A stretch of DNA of 64,000 nt from an uncultured Phycisphaeraceae bacterium (GTDB taxonomy: Bacteria > Planctomycetota > Phycisphaerae > UBA1845). Within the stretch, counting starts at the first letter, position 1; every line of letters starts with the position of its first letter. A program made the translations under genes and the position numbers. Shown piece by piece: positions 9,702-17,682 of the stretch. The notes beneath the pieces were generated by a model. That model saw only the letters and a list, made by a program, of their open reading frames with translations, ran no database searches and had not been told where the DNA came from. The stretch is taken from positions 325 to 64,324 of the forward strand of contig CAZMVD010000001.1 in NCBI GenBank assembly GCA_964569425.1, written 5' to 3'.

Positions 9702-10643
9702 TCAGTCGGTCTGGTCCGCCAGGCGTTCCACGACCCGCAACTTGGCGCTGCGCGATCGTGGATTGACGGCGCGCTCCGCGCCGTCGGCGATAATGGGTTT
9801 TTTCGTCAGGATGCGATAAACACCTTCAGTTTTTCGCTGCCGGAAGTCCTGTTTGACCTCTTTGTCCTCTACGCTGTGGAAAGCGATCACGCCGAACCGT
9901 CCGCCCGCTTTGAGCACGCCCGGCGCCGCGCTCAATAACCTTCGCAGGCTCCCCATCTCGTCGTTGACGGCCATGCGCAGCGCCAGAAACGTTCGGGTGG
10001 CCGGATGAATCTTCTCCCGCCGCGATTGCGGATCCACGCCCAGGGCATCGGCCACAATCGAGGCCAGACGTGCCGTGGTGGTAATGCGCCCTTCGCGCCG
10101 TTCTTCGCATATCCGACGGGAAATGCGCCGGGCTCCCGTCTCCTGCGCGTTGTAATAAAGCAGATCGCTCAGCTCTTTTTCTTTGAGTCGATTGATCAAG
10201 TCGGCGGCGGTCGACCCCAACCGTGGATCCATTCGCATGTCCAGCGGACCGTCCTGTTGAAAGGAGAAACCCCGGGCGCCGACGTCAAGTTGCGTGGAAC
10301 TCACCCCCAGGTCAGCCAGGAGCACGTCCGCCCCAGACAGTCCCAGCGACGCCAGCACCGCCCCCACCTCCGCGAAATTCGCGTGCAACAATTCGACTCG
10401 GCAGCTACATCCTGCCAGGTAGTCCCGCGCCGCCGCCAGATTGACGGGATCGACGTCAAGGCCGATCAACATCCCGGCCGGGCCGAGTCGCTGCGCCAAA
10501 CGCCACGCATGACCGCCCAGTCCGACCGTCAGATCGACGACCGTTTCGCCCTCGCGTACCGCAAGGAGCTCGTCCACCTCACGCGGCAGCACCGGCGTAT
10601 GCCCGCCGGCGCTCATCGCCGCATACACCCGTTCAGGTACCAA
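9702..10643 (-). CDS. rsmH: 16S rRNA (cytosine1402-N4)-methyltransferase RsmH (MraW)
   Basis: 313 aa. HTPVL and DLTVGLGGHA motifs. Second gene of the dcw cluster. Confidence 0.9.
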   Translation of the reverse strand: MVPERVYAAMSAGGHTPVLPREVDELLAVREGETVVDLTVGLGGHAWRLAQRLGPAGMLIGLDVDPVNLAAARDYLAGCSCRVELLHANFAEVGAVLASLGLSGADVLLADLGVSSTQLDVGARGFSFQQDGPLDMRMDPRLGSTAADLINRLKEKELSDLLYYNAQETGARRISRRICEERREGRITTTARLASIVADALGVDPQSRREKIHPATRTFLALRMAVNDEMGSLRRLLSAAPGVLKAGGRFGVIAFHSVEDKEVKQDFRQRKTEGVYRILTKKPIIADGAERAVNPRSRSAKLRVVERLADQTD

Positions 10644-10658
10644 CAGGCCAGGGGGATG

Positions 10659-10904
10659 TCACACCTCCGTGGCGACACACTCACCCCCGACGTGCGCGGA
10701 GACGCGCGCCGTCCGTTCCCGGTCGACAAAGGAAGACAACGCAGTCCGCAAGAACGGTTCGCCCAGGGCCCGCAAACGCCGCAGCCGCAGTTCCAGCTCG
10801 GCGATTTCGTGCCGCGTAAGCTGAACCGGCTCGGACCGTGACCCGCATGAATGCAGCTTTCCGAAGACCCGCCGCACCAGACGTTCCCGAGCACCGCACA
10901 CCAC
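10659..10904 (-). CDS. hypothetical small protein (uncertain)
   Basis: 81-aa ORF in the 563-bp mraZ-rsmH spacer. Hand count of third positions: 61 of 81 codons end in G/C, which is intermediate. Predicted helical LTRHEIAELELRLRRLRAL. No recognisable family. Confidence 0.25.
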   Translation of the reverse strand: MVCGARERLVRRVFGKLHSCGSRSEPVQLTRHEIAELELRLRRLRALGEPFLRTALSSFVDRERTARVSAHVGGECVATEV

Positions 10905-11206
10905 GCTGAACTCCCTGTACGCGCTCCGTCACGCGCCGCGGCGAGGCGACTCCGTTCGCTTCTGCCGCCGCAGCGCTGCCGGTAGTTTCACCGCACTGGC
11001 TTTCGCCCGACGCCGGGTCGAAAGCCCCGAAACCCAGGGTTCGCAGCGACCCCCTGACCGCCTCCGGCGGCCTCGGCGTCACCGCCCGCTACATCACCTC
11101 GAAAGGAACGCGTTTGGCCGACCGCGCCAGATCGGCCAAACGCTCCAAAGCCGCGACACGCACCATCCCTGGTCCACTCGCCGCAGCATGATCGGCTCCA
11201 TCCTCC

Positions 11207-11701
11207 TCAAGCCGCACCGTCCGCTCGTCCGTTCGATCCGCCAGGACGCATTCGCAGGTATCGAGTCCAATCTTCCGGCCAATCATCGCCGTCCCAATCG
11301 ATCCCCAGCGATTGGTCGAAGTCCGCACGATTCCATATATCAAGCCGATACTTCTGACCGATCAAATACACGTCGGATTGCAGCCGCGCCTTTTTGCGCA
11401 GCCGTTCCGGGATAAGAATGCGACCCTGCTTGTCGACATCCACGTGCGACGCAAGCCCATAGAACTGCAACTCGAACTTTCGCGAATCGGCCCCGGGCAT
11501 GAATTCGGTTTCCACCCGGCTCGCCAGTTGCTCAAAGGTCCGCTCCGGAAAGAGCGAGAGCGTCCCCTTGTACTCGCCCAGCGTGACGTAAAAGCCTCGA
11601 CCATCGGCGTCCGAGTCCAGGGCGGACCGGACTTGCGCGGGAAGTTGCAGGCGGTTCTTGTCGTCAATGGTCCGTTCATATTGCCCGATCAGAATCCGCA
11701 T
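11207..11701 (-). CDS. mraZ: transcriptional regulator MraZ
   Basis: 164 aa. Two SpoVT/AbrB-type motifs: DDKNRLQLPAQVR and DKQGRILIPERLRKKA. First gene of the dcw cluster. Confidence 0.85.
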   Translation of the reverse strand: MRILIGQYERTIDDKNRLQLPAQVRSALDSDADGRGFYVTLGEYKGTLSLFPERTFEQLASRVETEFMPGADSRKFELQFYGLASHVDVDKQGRILIPERLRKKARLQSDVYLIGQKYRLDIWNRADFDQSLGIDWDGDDWPEDWTRYLRMRPGGSNGRADGAA

Positions 11702-11709
11702 GAAGTTCG

Positions 11710-11765
11710 TTCACTTTGGCCCACTTCGTGGGGAAGACATGCAATAATCTACCACTTCGTCCCAC
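11710..11765 (-). promoter_or_regulatory. candidate MraZ operator: four GTGGN direct repeats in two 10-bp-spaced pairs
   Basis: Minus-strand reading: TTGACTtaGTGGGacgaaGTGGTAGATT...cccCACGAAGTGGGccaaaGTGAAcgaacttcATG. Boxes at 11761-11765, 11751-11755, 11720-11724 and 11710-11714. The 9-mer ACGAAGTGG occurs twice, 31 nt apart. Confidence 0.45.
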
Positions 11766-11773
11766 TAAGTCAA
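11746..11773 (-). promoter_or_regulatory. sigma70-like promoter of the dcw operon (Pmra-like)
   Basis: -35 TTGACT (11773..11768), 16-nt spacer, -10 TAGATT (11751..11746). About 45 nt upstream of the mraZ ATG. Confidence 0.5.
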
Positions 11774-11774
11774 C

Positions 11775-11805
11775 AAAAAAATCGGCAAATCCTGCGCGCC
11801 GATTT
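11775..11805 (-). terminator. intrinsic terminator-like hairpin with T-run
   Basis: Minus-strand reading AAATCGGC-gcgcaggatt-GCCGATTTTTTTG: 8-bp stem, 10-nt loop, T-run. Lies directly upstream of the mraZ promoter and about 235 nt downstream of the GT4 stop. Confidence 0.55.
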
Positions 11806-12039
11806 AACAAGAAGATCCAGCCCGAAAATGCAGGCAAGATATGGGGGACCATCAACTCGCCCCTACCATTACGCGGGCAATGACCCGCCGCGCAAAACGT
11901 GCGCCTGTTGGCGAACAAGAAATCAAGATAGGTAAAGGCCACAAGCAACGCTCGTTTATCGCCGTACTCAACATCACCACCCTCCCACGACGATCGGCCT
12001 AACCCTGACGACCCAGAAAACGTCGGCACTGCCCCACTA

Positions 12040-13188
12040 CTACTCTGACACCTCGTCGTCGATCTTAGACGATTTCTCTTTCGACTCGCCGAGGCACTCT
12101 CGATAAAGCCCCGCATATTCCTCGAACATGCGACCGATGTGCCACTCTTTCTCCACGCACGCTTGTGCCGCCCGAGCCAGTTCATCCGCTTCATGGCGAT
12201 TCGTCAACAGGCGCAGGATTGCCCCGGCCAGAGCCGAGGCATCGGCGTAGGGTACCAGCAATCCGGTACGTTCGTGGGCGACCAGATCGCGGCTCCCGGG
12301 CACATCGGTCGCGACCACCGGACAACCCGCGGCCATCGCTTCCAGCAGCGCGTTGGGCAGCCCCTCGGTCTTCGAGGGAAAAACGAACAAATCGGCGGAC
12401 CTGAGCAACACGGGAACATCGCTGCGGACCCCAGCGAAGTGGACGCGCGCTCCCAACCCCCGGGCCTTCACTTCGGCCTCCAGACGGCGCCGTTGCGGAC
12501 CGTCACCGACAAGAAAAAGATGCGCCGGCGATTGGGCCGCCACCATGGCGAAAGACTCGATCAAGAGAGGCAACCCCTTTACCGGATCCAGCCGCCCCAC
12601 CCACAGAACCAATGGAACAACCGCCGGTACCCCGAGCGTTTCGCGTCTGGCCGCCGTGGCCGACCGGTAAGGGGCCGGGTCAATACCCCCGCGAATCAAC
12701 CGCAGACGCTCGCGCGGAATTCGCGCCTTCCGGTTAAGATGATCGATCACGGCGGGCGAATTCCCCAAAATGCAGCGGCACCACCGAAAGGTCCAACGGT
12801 CGACGGTCAGGTGCCAGCGCCGCTCCAACTCAACCGTCTGGATCTCGCAAATCAGCCGTTCAGGCTCTATCCCCGCCCGCCGTGCGGCCCAGCGCGCTGC
12901 GACGTTTCCATGAAAAAGCAACGAGTGAATCAACCCCGGCGCGCGCGCTCGAAACAGCCGTGCCAATCGCCCGACCACGCGAAAGTCCCAGCCGCCGCGC
13001 CCGCCGCATTCGGAAACCGCAATGTGCGCATCGGCAAGCTGCGCCGCCACCGGCCCCAATCTCGCCAGCGAAACAACCTCGACAACGAGACCTCGCTCCT
13101 GCATCGCCCGGGCCAGCCGCACCAGATGCAGTGGCACGCCACCGACCTGCAGGTCCGTGATTACATAGAGTACATCGACGTGGTTCAC
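12040..13188 (-). CDS. glycosyltransferase family 4 (GT-B, RfaB-like)
   Basis: GT4 C-terminal signature FPSKTEGLPNALLEAMAAGCPVVATDVPGSRDLV. Start placed at GTG 13188, which forms a GTGA overlap with the upstream stop. The ORF track has it 10 codons longer (13218). Confidence 0.85.
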   Translation of the reverse strand: MNHVDVLYVITDLQVGGVPLHLVRLARAMQERGLVVEVVSLARLGPVAAQLADAHIAVSECGGRGGWDFRVVGRLARLFRARAPGLIHSLLFHGNVAARWAARRAGIEPERLICEIQTVELERRWHLTVDRWTFRWCRCILGNSPAVIDHLNRKARIPRERLRLIRGGIDPAPYRSATAARRETLGVPAVVPLVLWVGRLDPVKGLPLLIESFAMVAAQSPAHLFLVGDGPQRRRLEAEVKARGLGARVHFAGVRSDVPVLLRSADLFVFPSKTEGLPNALLEAMAAGCPVVATDVPGSRDLVAHERTGLLVPYADASALAGAILRLLTNRHEADELARAAQACVEKEWHIGRMFEEYAGLYRECLGESKEKSSKIDDEVSE

Positions 13189-13847
13189 GAGTTCGACGCC
13201 GTATGAACTGCGCCGCAAACGAGAGCGGGCGGCAGGCCGTCAATCGACGGAGAAAGGGTACGCGCCGTTTCACTCCACAATCGCATGCGCCGTGCCGTTA
13301 GCGATCGCGCGATGGCTCCTTCGATGGCTGACACTTCCGCCACTTCGTGCCAGGTGGGACGCCGCACCACGCGCACGCGGCCATCCTCCGCCACCAACCA
13401 CCCCCACCGCCGGGGCACCTCGGCGCTGCGCATAAGCTTCGGCGGCGTAAGAAGATAGTGCAGATTGGCGTGCGGTCGGATCAAACAAGTATCGAACTTG
13501 CCCAGCGCCGCACTCGCGTGCCGTGCCCGCCGCCGACGACCTGAACGAAGCCCCTGCGCCCGATCCTCCAACGCAAAAGAGAACTGGTGTTGATGGCCCT
13601 GGTCCCGCAAAAAATCCGCCCGCATCGCCTTGCACTCGACAAACACGACGTGGAAGCGATCGACCTGCGGCTCACGCACAAACTGCACGCCCCGCGGATT
13701 ATGCCGTCGCCAACGACCCGCTCCGACCGTGTCGATGATTCCCACCCCGGGAACCTCGACCTCTTCCGCCACCGCAGCATAGCCCGCGCGCCACAGCCAG
13801 CGACAGGCAATCCGCTTGAGTTCGCGATGAACTTCTCCTTCGGCCAT
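13185..13847 (-). CDS. hypothetical protein, MmcB-like / PD-(D/E)XK nuclease-fold candidate
   Basis: 220 aa. EVEVPGVGIIDTV...VVFVECKAMRADFLRD resembles the D...(D/E)xK core and the 'E-x-K-x-x-x-x-DF' signature of the MmcB/DUF1052 family. The assignment is from memory of the motif only. Confidence 0.4.
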   Translation of the reverse strand: MAEGEVHRELKRIACRWLWRAGYAAVAEEVEVPGVGIIDTVGAGRWRRHNPRGVQFVREPQVDRFHVVFVECKAMRADFLRDQGHQHQFSFALEDRAQGLRSGRRRRARHASAALGKFDTCLIRPHANLHYLLTPPKLMRSAEVPRRWGWLVAEDGRVRVVRRPTWHEVAEVSAIEGAIARSLTARRMRLWSETARTLSPSIDGLPPALVCGAVHTASNS

Positions 13848-13901
13848 AGCTGCCCTGCTTCGTCCTGCAGGATCGATGGAACGCGCTTCGACGCAACCGG
13901 G

Positions 13902-14834
13902 TCAGAAATCCTTGCGGGAGAATCTCCACAGCGCCAGCAGCACAATCACCGCCTCAAAGCCCAACGACGAAGCGATCGAAGGCAGCGGATCCTGGGCCAT
14001 ACGCTCAGTTTCAATCCGTCGCGCACGTGCCAACAAGTCCTTGGCTTCCTCTTCGGGGGGACTGGGCACCCACGACGTAGCCGGCGCCGCCGCCGTCCAT
14101 CGTTTGGCGAGATAGGTCACGTCCTGCGTCTTGGGCACCAGCCACCGCCCAATGGTGATTCCCCGATAGATGGATCGGTTCTCCTGCCATTCGGGAAACA
14201 TGAGAAAATAGTCGTGGACAGTCTGCACTCCGGTAAACGCCCCCCAGCACCCCAACGTGATCAGCATCGCCGCCACCGTCGACCTGGTATGGACCGCCAC
14301 CAGCACCGAAATGCAATAAAGGTAGCTGAACAACAGGAGGACCAACGGAACCGCCAACCAGTATCCGGGCACCCAGGTCTTCCAGCGCAATCCCGCAACC
14401 AGAAAAGTGAGTCCCACGAACACGATCGCATGAAACAGGAGGAACGTCAGCGCTCCGAGATACCGGCCTAAAAACAGCTTCCACCGCGCCAGCGGCTTGG
14501 AAACCAGCACGTCTATCGTACCGCGCTCCATCAGCGCCGGGAAAAATCCTGCCGTCGCCACAATCGCCAGCAAAATCCCCACCCACCCCAGCAGGTTGTC
14601 CATAATGCCATCGACCAGCAGGCTGGTGATGACGTCGCGTCTCAACCCTTCGCCCGATGTAAACAGATCGATTTCCCATTCCCAGGCACCGAAGAGAAAG
14701 CTCAGCCGACCCGGCTCAAACCCCACACAGGCCATCGCCGCCGATACCAGCACTGAAACCGCCAGCATGACCCAGAAGACCTTGCGATCACGGGATTCGC
14801 GGAAGCCGTCAACGATCAAGGCCCAGAATTGCAT
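13902..14834 (-). CDS. ABC transporter permease (ABC-2-like)
   Basis: 310-aa polytopic protein directly downstream of an ABC ATPase. No specific family motif recognised. Confidence 0.7.
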   Translation of the reverse strand: MQFWALIVDGFRESRDRKVFWVMLAVSVLVSAAMACVGFEPGRLSFLFGAWEWEIDLFTSGEGLRRDVITSLLVDGIMDNLLGWVGILLAIVATAGFFPALMERGTIDVLVSKPLARWKLFLGRYLGALTFLLFHAIVFVGLTFLVAGLRWKTWVPGYWLAVPLVLLLFSYLYCISVLVAVHTRSTVAAMLITLGCWGAFTGVQTVHDYFLMFPEWQENRSIYRGITIGRWLVPKTQDVTYLAKRWTAAAPATSWVPSPPEEEAKDLLARARRIETERMAQDPLPSIASSLGFEAVIVLLALWRFSRKDF

Positions 14835-14967
14835 CGCGTATCAGTCCCCATCGGCAACCGCCCGGCAAATCCGACGAAACAAGACCCGGACTCGTACGAT
14901 CGGGCGCGGCCATTCCGGCCACGCTCCCAAGGTCTCATCGAAGCCCGAGCCGCCGTCCGTTCATCCA

Positions 14968-15906
14968 TCAACCCGCGGCCTTGTCCTGTTTGCCCAGTGC
15001 TTCAACCAATATATCCTCAAGGCTGAATCGATGCGGCAGGACGGCCTCAATCGTCAGACCGCGACCACGCAGCAGGTCGATCGCTTCATTCAGTTTTCCC
15101 GAGTCCCGGCCCTTCAAGATGATGAGCTTTCCCTGAACCGTGGCTCCCAACGCCGCCAACTCCACAGATAAGTGTTGCAAGTCACCGCCGGTCGTCAGGT
15201 GATACTCGGTCGTGTGCTCGGTCAACTCGCGCAACGTTCCTTGTCGAGCCACCAGTCCATTCACGAGAATGGACACACGGTCGCACACCAGCTCAAGTTC
15301 GCTGAGCAGATGCGAATTGAGGAATATCGTCGTTCCCTCGCCCTTCAGATGAAGAAGCAGCTCACGTACCTCGCGCCGCCCCACCGGGTCCAATCCGTCG
15401 GTCGGCTCGTCCAGCACAAGCAACTCAGGATCATTCATCAGCGCTTGCGCCAGTCCCAACCGCTGCAACATGCCCTTGGAGTACTTCTCAATTCGTGTAT
15501 CAGCCCACCGACCCAGGTTGAAGAACTCCAGCCATCGTTCCGCGTTCTTTCTACGTACGGCTCGCGGCACCCTGGCTAAGGCGGCGTAATGGTCGAGGAG
15601 TTGACGCCCGGTCAGGTAGGCCGGGAAGCGGTGGTTTTCCGGCAGATAGCCGATGCGCGCCAGCTTCCCGCGATGCCCGATCGGGCGCCCCAGTATGGTG
15701 CCCATGGCCGCGCTCGGACGCACCACCGTCATCATGATCTTGACCAGGGTCGTCTTGCCCGCTCCGTTGGGACCCAGCAGCCCGAAAATATCCCCCCGCC
15801 CCACTTGAATGTTCACGCCGCGCAGCGCCTGAATGTGCGGCGCAAAAGTCTTGCGAACGTCGATCAGATCAACCGCCCAGTTGGTGAGTTCAGTGATACC
15901 GACCAT
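14968..15906 (-). CDS. ABC transporter ATP-binding protein
   Basis: Walker A GLLGPNGAGKTT, signature-like YSKGMLQRL, Walker B LLVLDEPTDGLD. Confidence 0.9.
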   Translation of the reverse strand: MVGITELTNWAVDLIDVRKTFAPHIQALRGVNIQVGRGDIFGLLGPNGAGKTTLVKIMMTVVRPSAAMGTILGRPIGHRGKLARIGYLPENHRFPAYLTGRQLLDHYAALARVPRAVRRKNAERWLEFFNLGRWADTRIEKYSKGMLQRLGLAQALMNDPELLVLDEPTDGLDPVGRREVRELLLHLKGEGTTIFLNSHLLSELELVCDRVSILVNGLVARQGTLRELTEHTTEYHLTTGGDLQHLSVELAALGATVQGKLIILKGRDSGKLNEAIDLLRGRGLTIEAVLPHRFSLEDILVEALGKQDKAAG

Positions 15907-15969
15907 GTCCGCCGTCTCACCGGTTTGCGTCGAGCGCCAATCGTCGAACTGTACGGCACCGCAAGGCCG

Positions 15970-16923
15970 TCACTCGGTTGGGGCGTCCGTCACGCCTCCA
16001 TGGGACAACATCGACTGCGCCACATCGCCAACTTGCTGGATTGTCGACGCCGGCCCGACGTCGATCCACTGCGTGGCGCGAAACCGGCGAAACCAGGTCC
16101 GCTGCGCCTTGGCGAACCGGCGTGTACGGATTTTGATCAATTCCACCGTATCCGCAAGCGAGGTCCGCCCCTCCAGGTGCTCGATAATCTCGCCATAGCC
16201 CAGCGCTTTCCGTGCCGTGGCACTCATCGGCCTCGGCTCGGCCATCAGGCGCCGGACCTCGTCCACCCACCCCGCTTCGATCATTCGCCGCACCCTTTCG
16301 TTGATCCGATGTGCCTGATCGGTCCGCTCCCGTCGGAGCCCGATGAGTTGGGCGTCAAAGCGTAAACGGTCTCGGTCCCACTGCGTCTGAAGAGCGGTAA
16401 TGGTCGAACCCGTCAGTTCATGCACTTCGAGCGCACGAACGATTCGTCTCAGATCGTTGGGATGGATACGCGCCGCGGACGCAGGATCCACGCGTTCCAA
16501 CCGACGATACAGATCGCCCAGTCCCCCCGCCTGGGCTTGCGCATGCAATCGGCTGCGCAGGTCGGGGTCGGCGCCCGGGCCTTCAAACAGCCCTTCGAGC
16601 AACGCCTTCAGGTACATGGGCGTGCCCCCCACAACCAGAACCGCCCGCCCACGCCCCTGAATGTCCGCAATCGCCGCCTGGGCCAGCGTGTCGAACTGCG
16701 CGACCGAAAACGGCTGCCACGGCTCCACCACGTCGATTAAATGGTGGGGAATCGCGGCGCGAACCTCGCTCGACGGCTTGGCCGTCCCGATGTCCATGCG
16801 CCGATAGACCTTCATCGAGTCCAGGCTGATGATTTCCGCGCCGATACGGCCGGCCAGTTCCCGCCCCAAGACGCCCTTTCCGCATCCCGTGCAGCCGACA
16901 ATAAGCGTCAATCTGGACCCCAT
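15970..16923 (-). CDS. miaA: tRNA dimethylallyltransferase MiaA
   Basis: P-loop GCTGCGKG. DSMKVYRRMDIGTAKPS matches the MiaA DSMQVYRGMDIGTAKP motif. Start placed at Met23 of the ORF (ATG 16923), just before the P-loop. Confidence 0.85.
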   Translation of the reverse strand: MGSRLTLIVGCTGCGKGVLGRELAGRIGAEIISLDSMKVYRRMDIGTAKPSSEVRAAIPHHLIDVVEPWQPFSVAQFDTLAQAAIADIQGRGRAVLVVGGTPMYLKALLEGLFEGPGADPDLRSRLHAQAQAGGLGDLYRRLERVDPASAARIHPNDLRRIVRALEVHELTGSTITALQTQWDRDRLRFDAQLIGLRRERTDQAHRINERVRRMIEAGWVDEVRRLMAEPRPMSATARKALGYGEIIEHLEGRTSLADTVELIKIRTRRFAKAQRTWFRRFRATQWIDVGPASTIQQVGDVAQSMLSHGGVTDAPTE

Positions 16924-16979
16924 AGAGGCGTAATATACGGGGGGAAAACCGGTCTGAAAGCTGCACGCCGAAGACGGAG

Positions 16980-17264
16980 TTATGCGCAAACCACGCGCGT
17001 GACCTCGGGAACCTGGTCGCGCAGGTTCCGTTCGATCCCCAGCGCCAGCGTAATCGCGCTGGACGGGCAGCCGATGCAGGCCCCGTGCAGCCGTACGCGC
17101 ACCACGCCGGTGTCATCCACGTCGATCAACTCAATATCGCCCCCGTCTCCCCGAATAAATGGCCGGACCTGGTCGAGCACATCACAAACGCGGTCGTGCA
17201 AGGACCGGTTGGGCGTCTTGCCGGCAGGAGATGGAGATGAACCGGTCATTCGTTTCTGCGCCAT
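16980..17264 (-). CDS. NifU-like C-terminal domain Fe-S cluster protein (Nfu type)
   Basis: The last 94 aa of the 246-aa ORF: VLDQVRPFIRGDGGDIELIDVDD..VRVRLHGACIGCPSS (CxxC). The upstream ORF extension looks non-coding, so the start is placed at ATG 17264. Confidence 0.75.
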   Translation of the reverse strand: MAQKRMTGSSPSPAGKTPNRSLHDRVCDVLDQVRPFIRGDGGDIELIDVDDTGVVRVRLHGACIGCPSSAITLALGIERNLRDQVPEVTRVVCA

Positions 17265-17682
17265 CAAGCCGGCTCGCCGCCGGCCCCCGATGAGCCCCAT
17301 TTGAAGACGGACATGGCCAACGGCCAGCCGATACCTATTGTAGCCCGAATCCAAGCCGACGAACAGAATCCCGGAGGACGGGGTCCACTCACGTCCTGAT
17401 CGGTCCGCACCCCCTTTCCATACCCAATCCGGCAGCGCCGGAGAAACCAGACTCGCTGGGAGGGTCCGCCCCAAATGGCCGATAGCACTACTGTCGGCGC
17501 GATGGTCAGAAGCTCGGAGGGTTCGAGAACCGGCGCCGGCCAACTTTGAACCGAGTTTTGTTGTCTTTCGTATCAGGCGAGTGTAGAAAGAGTTACCGGT
17601 ACCAGGACACCTCACGCGAGCCAGTCGATCAGGCGGCCGGAATGCTGCCCGCGGCCGGTCGACAGTAAGGAACCAGACCATC

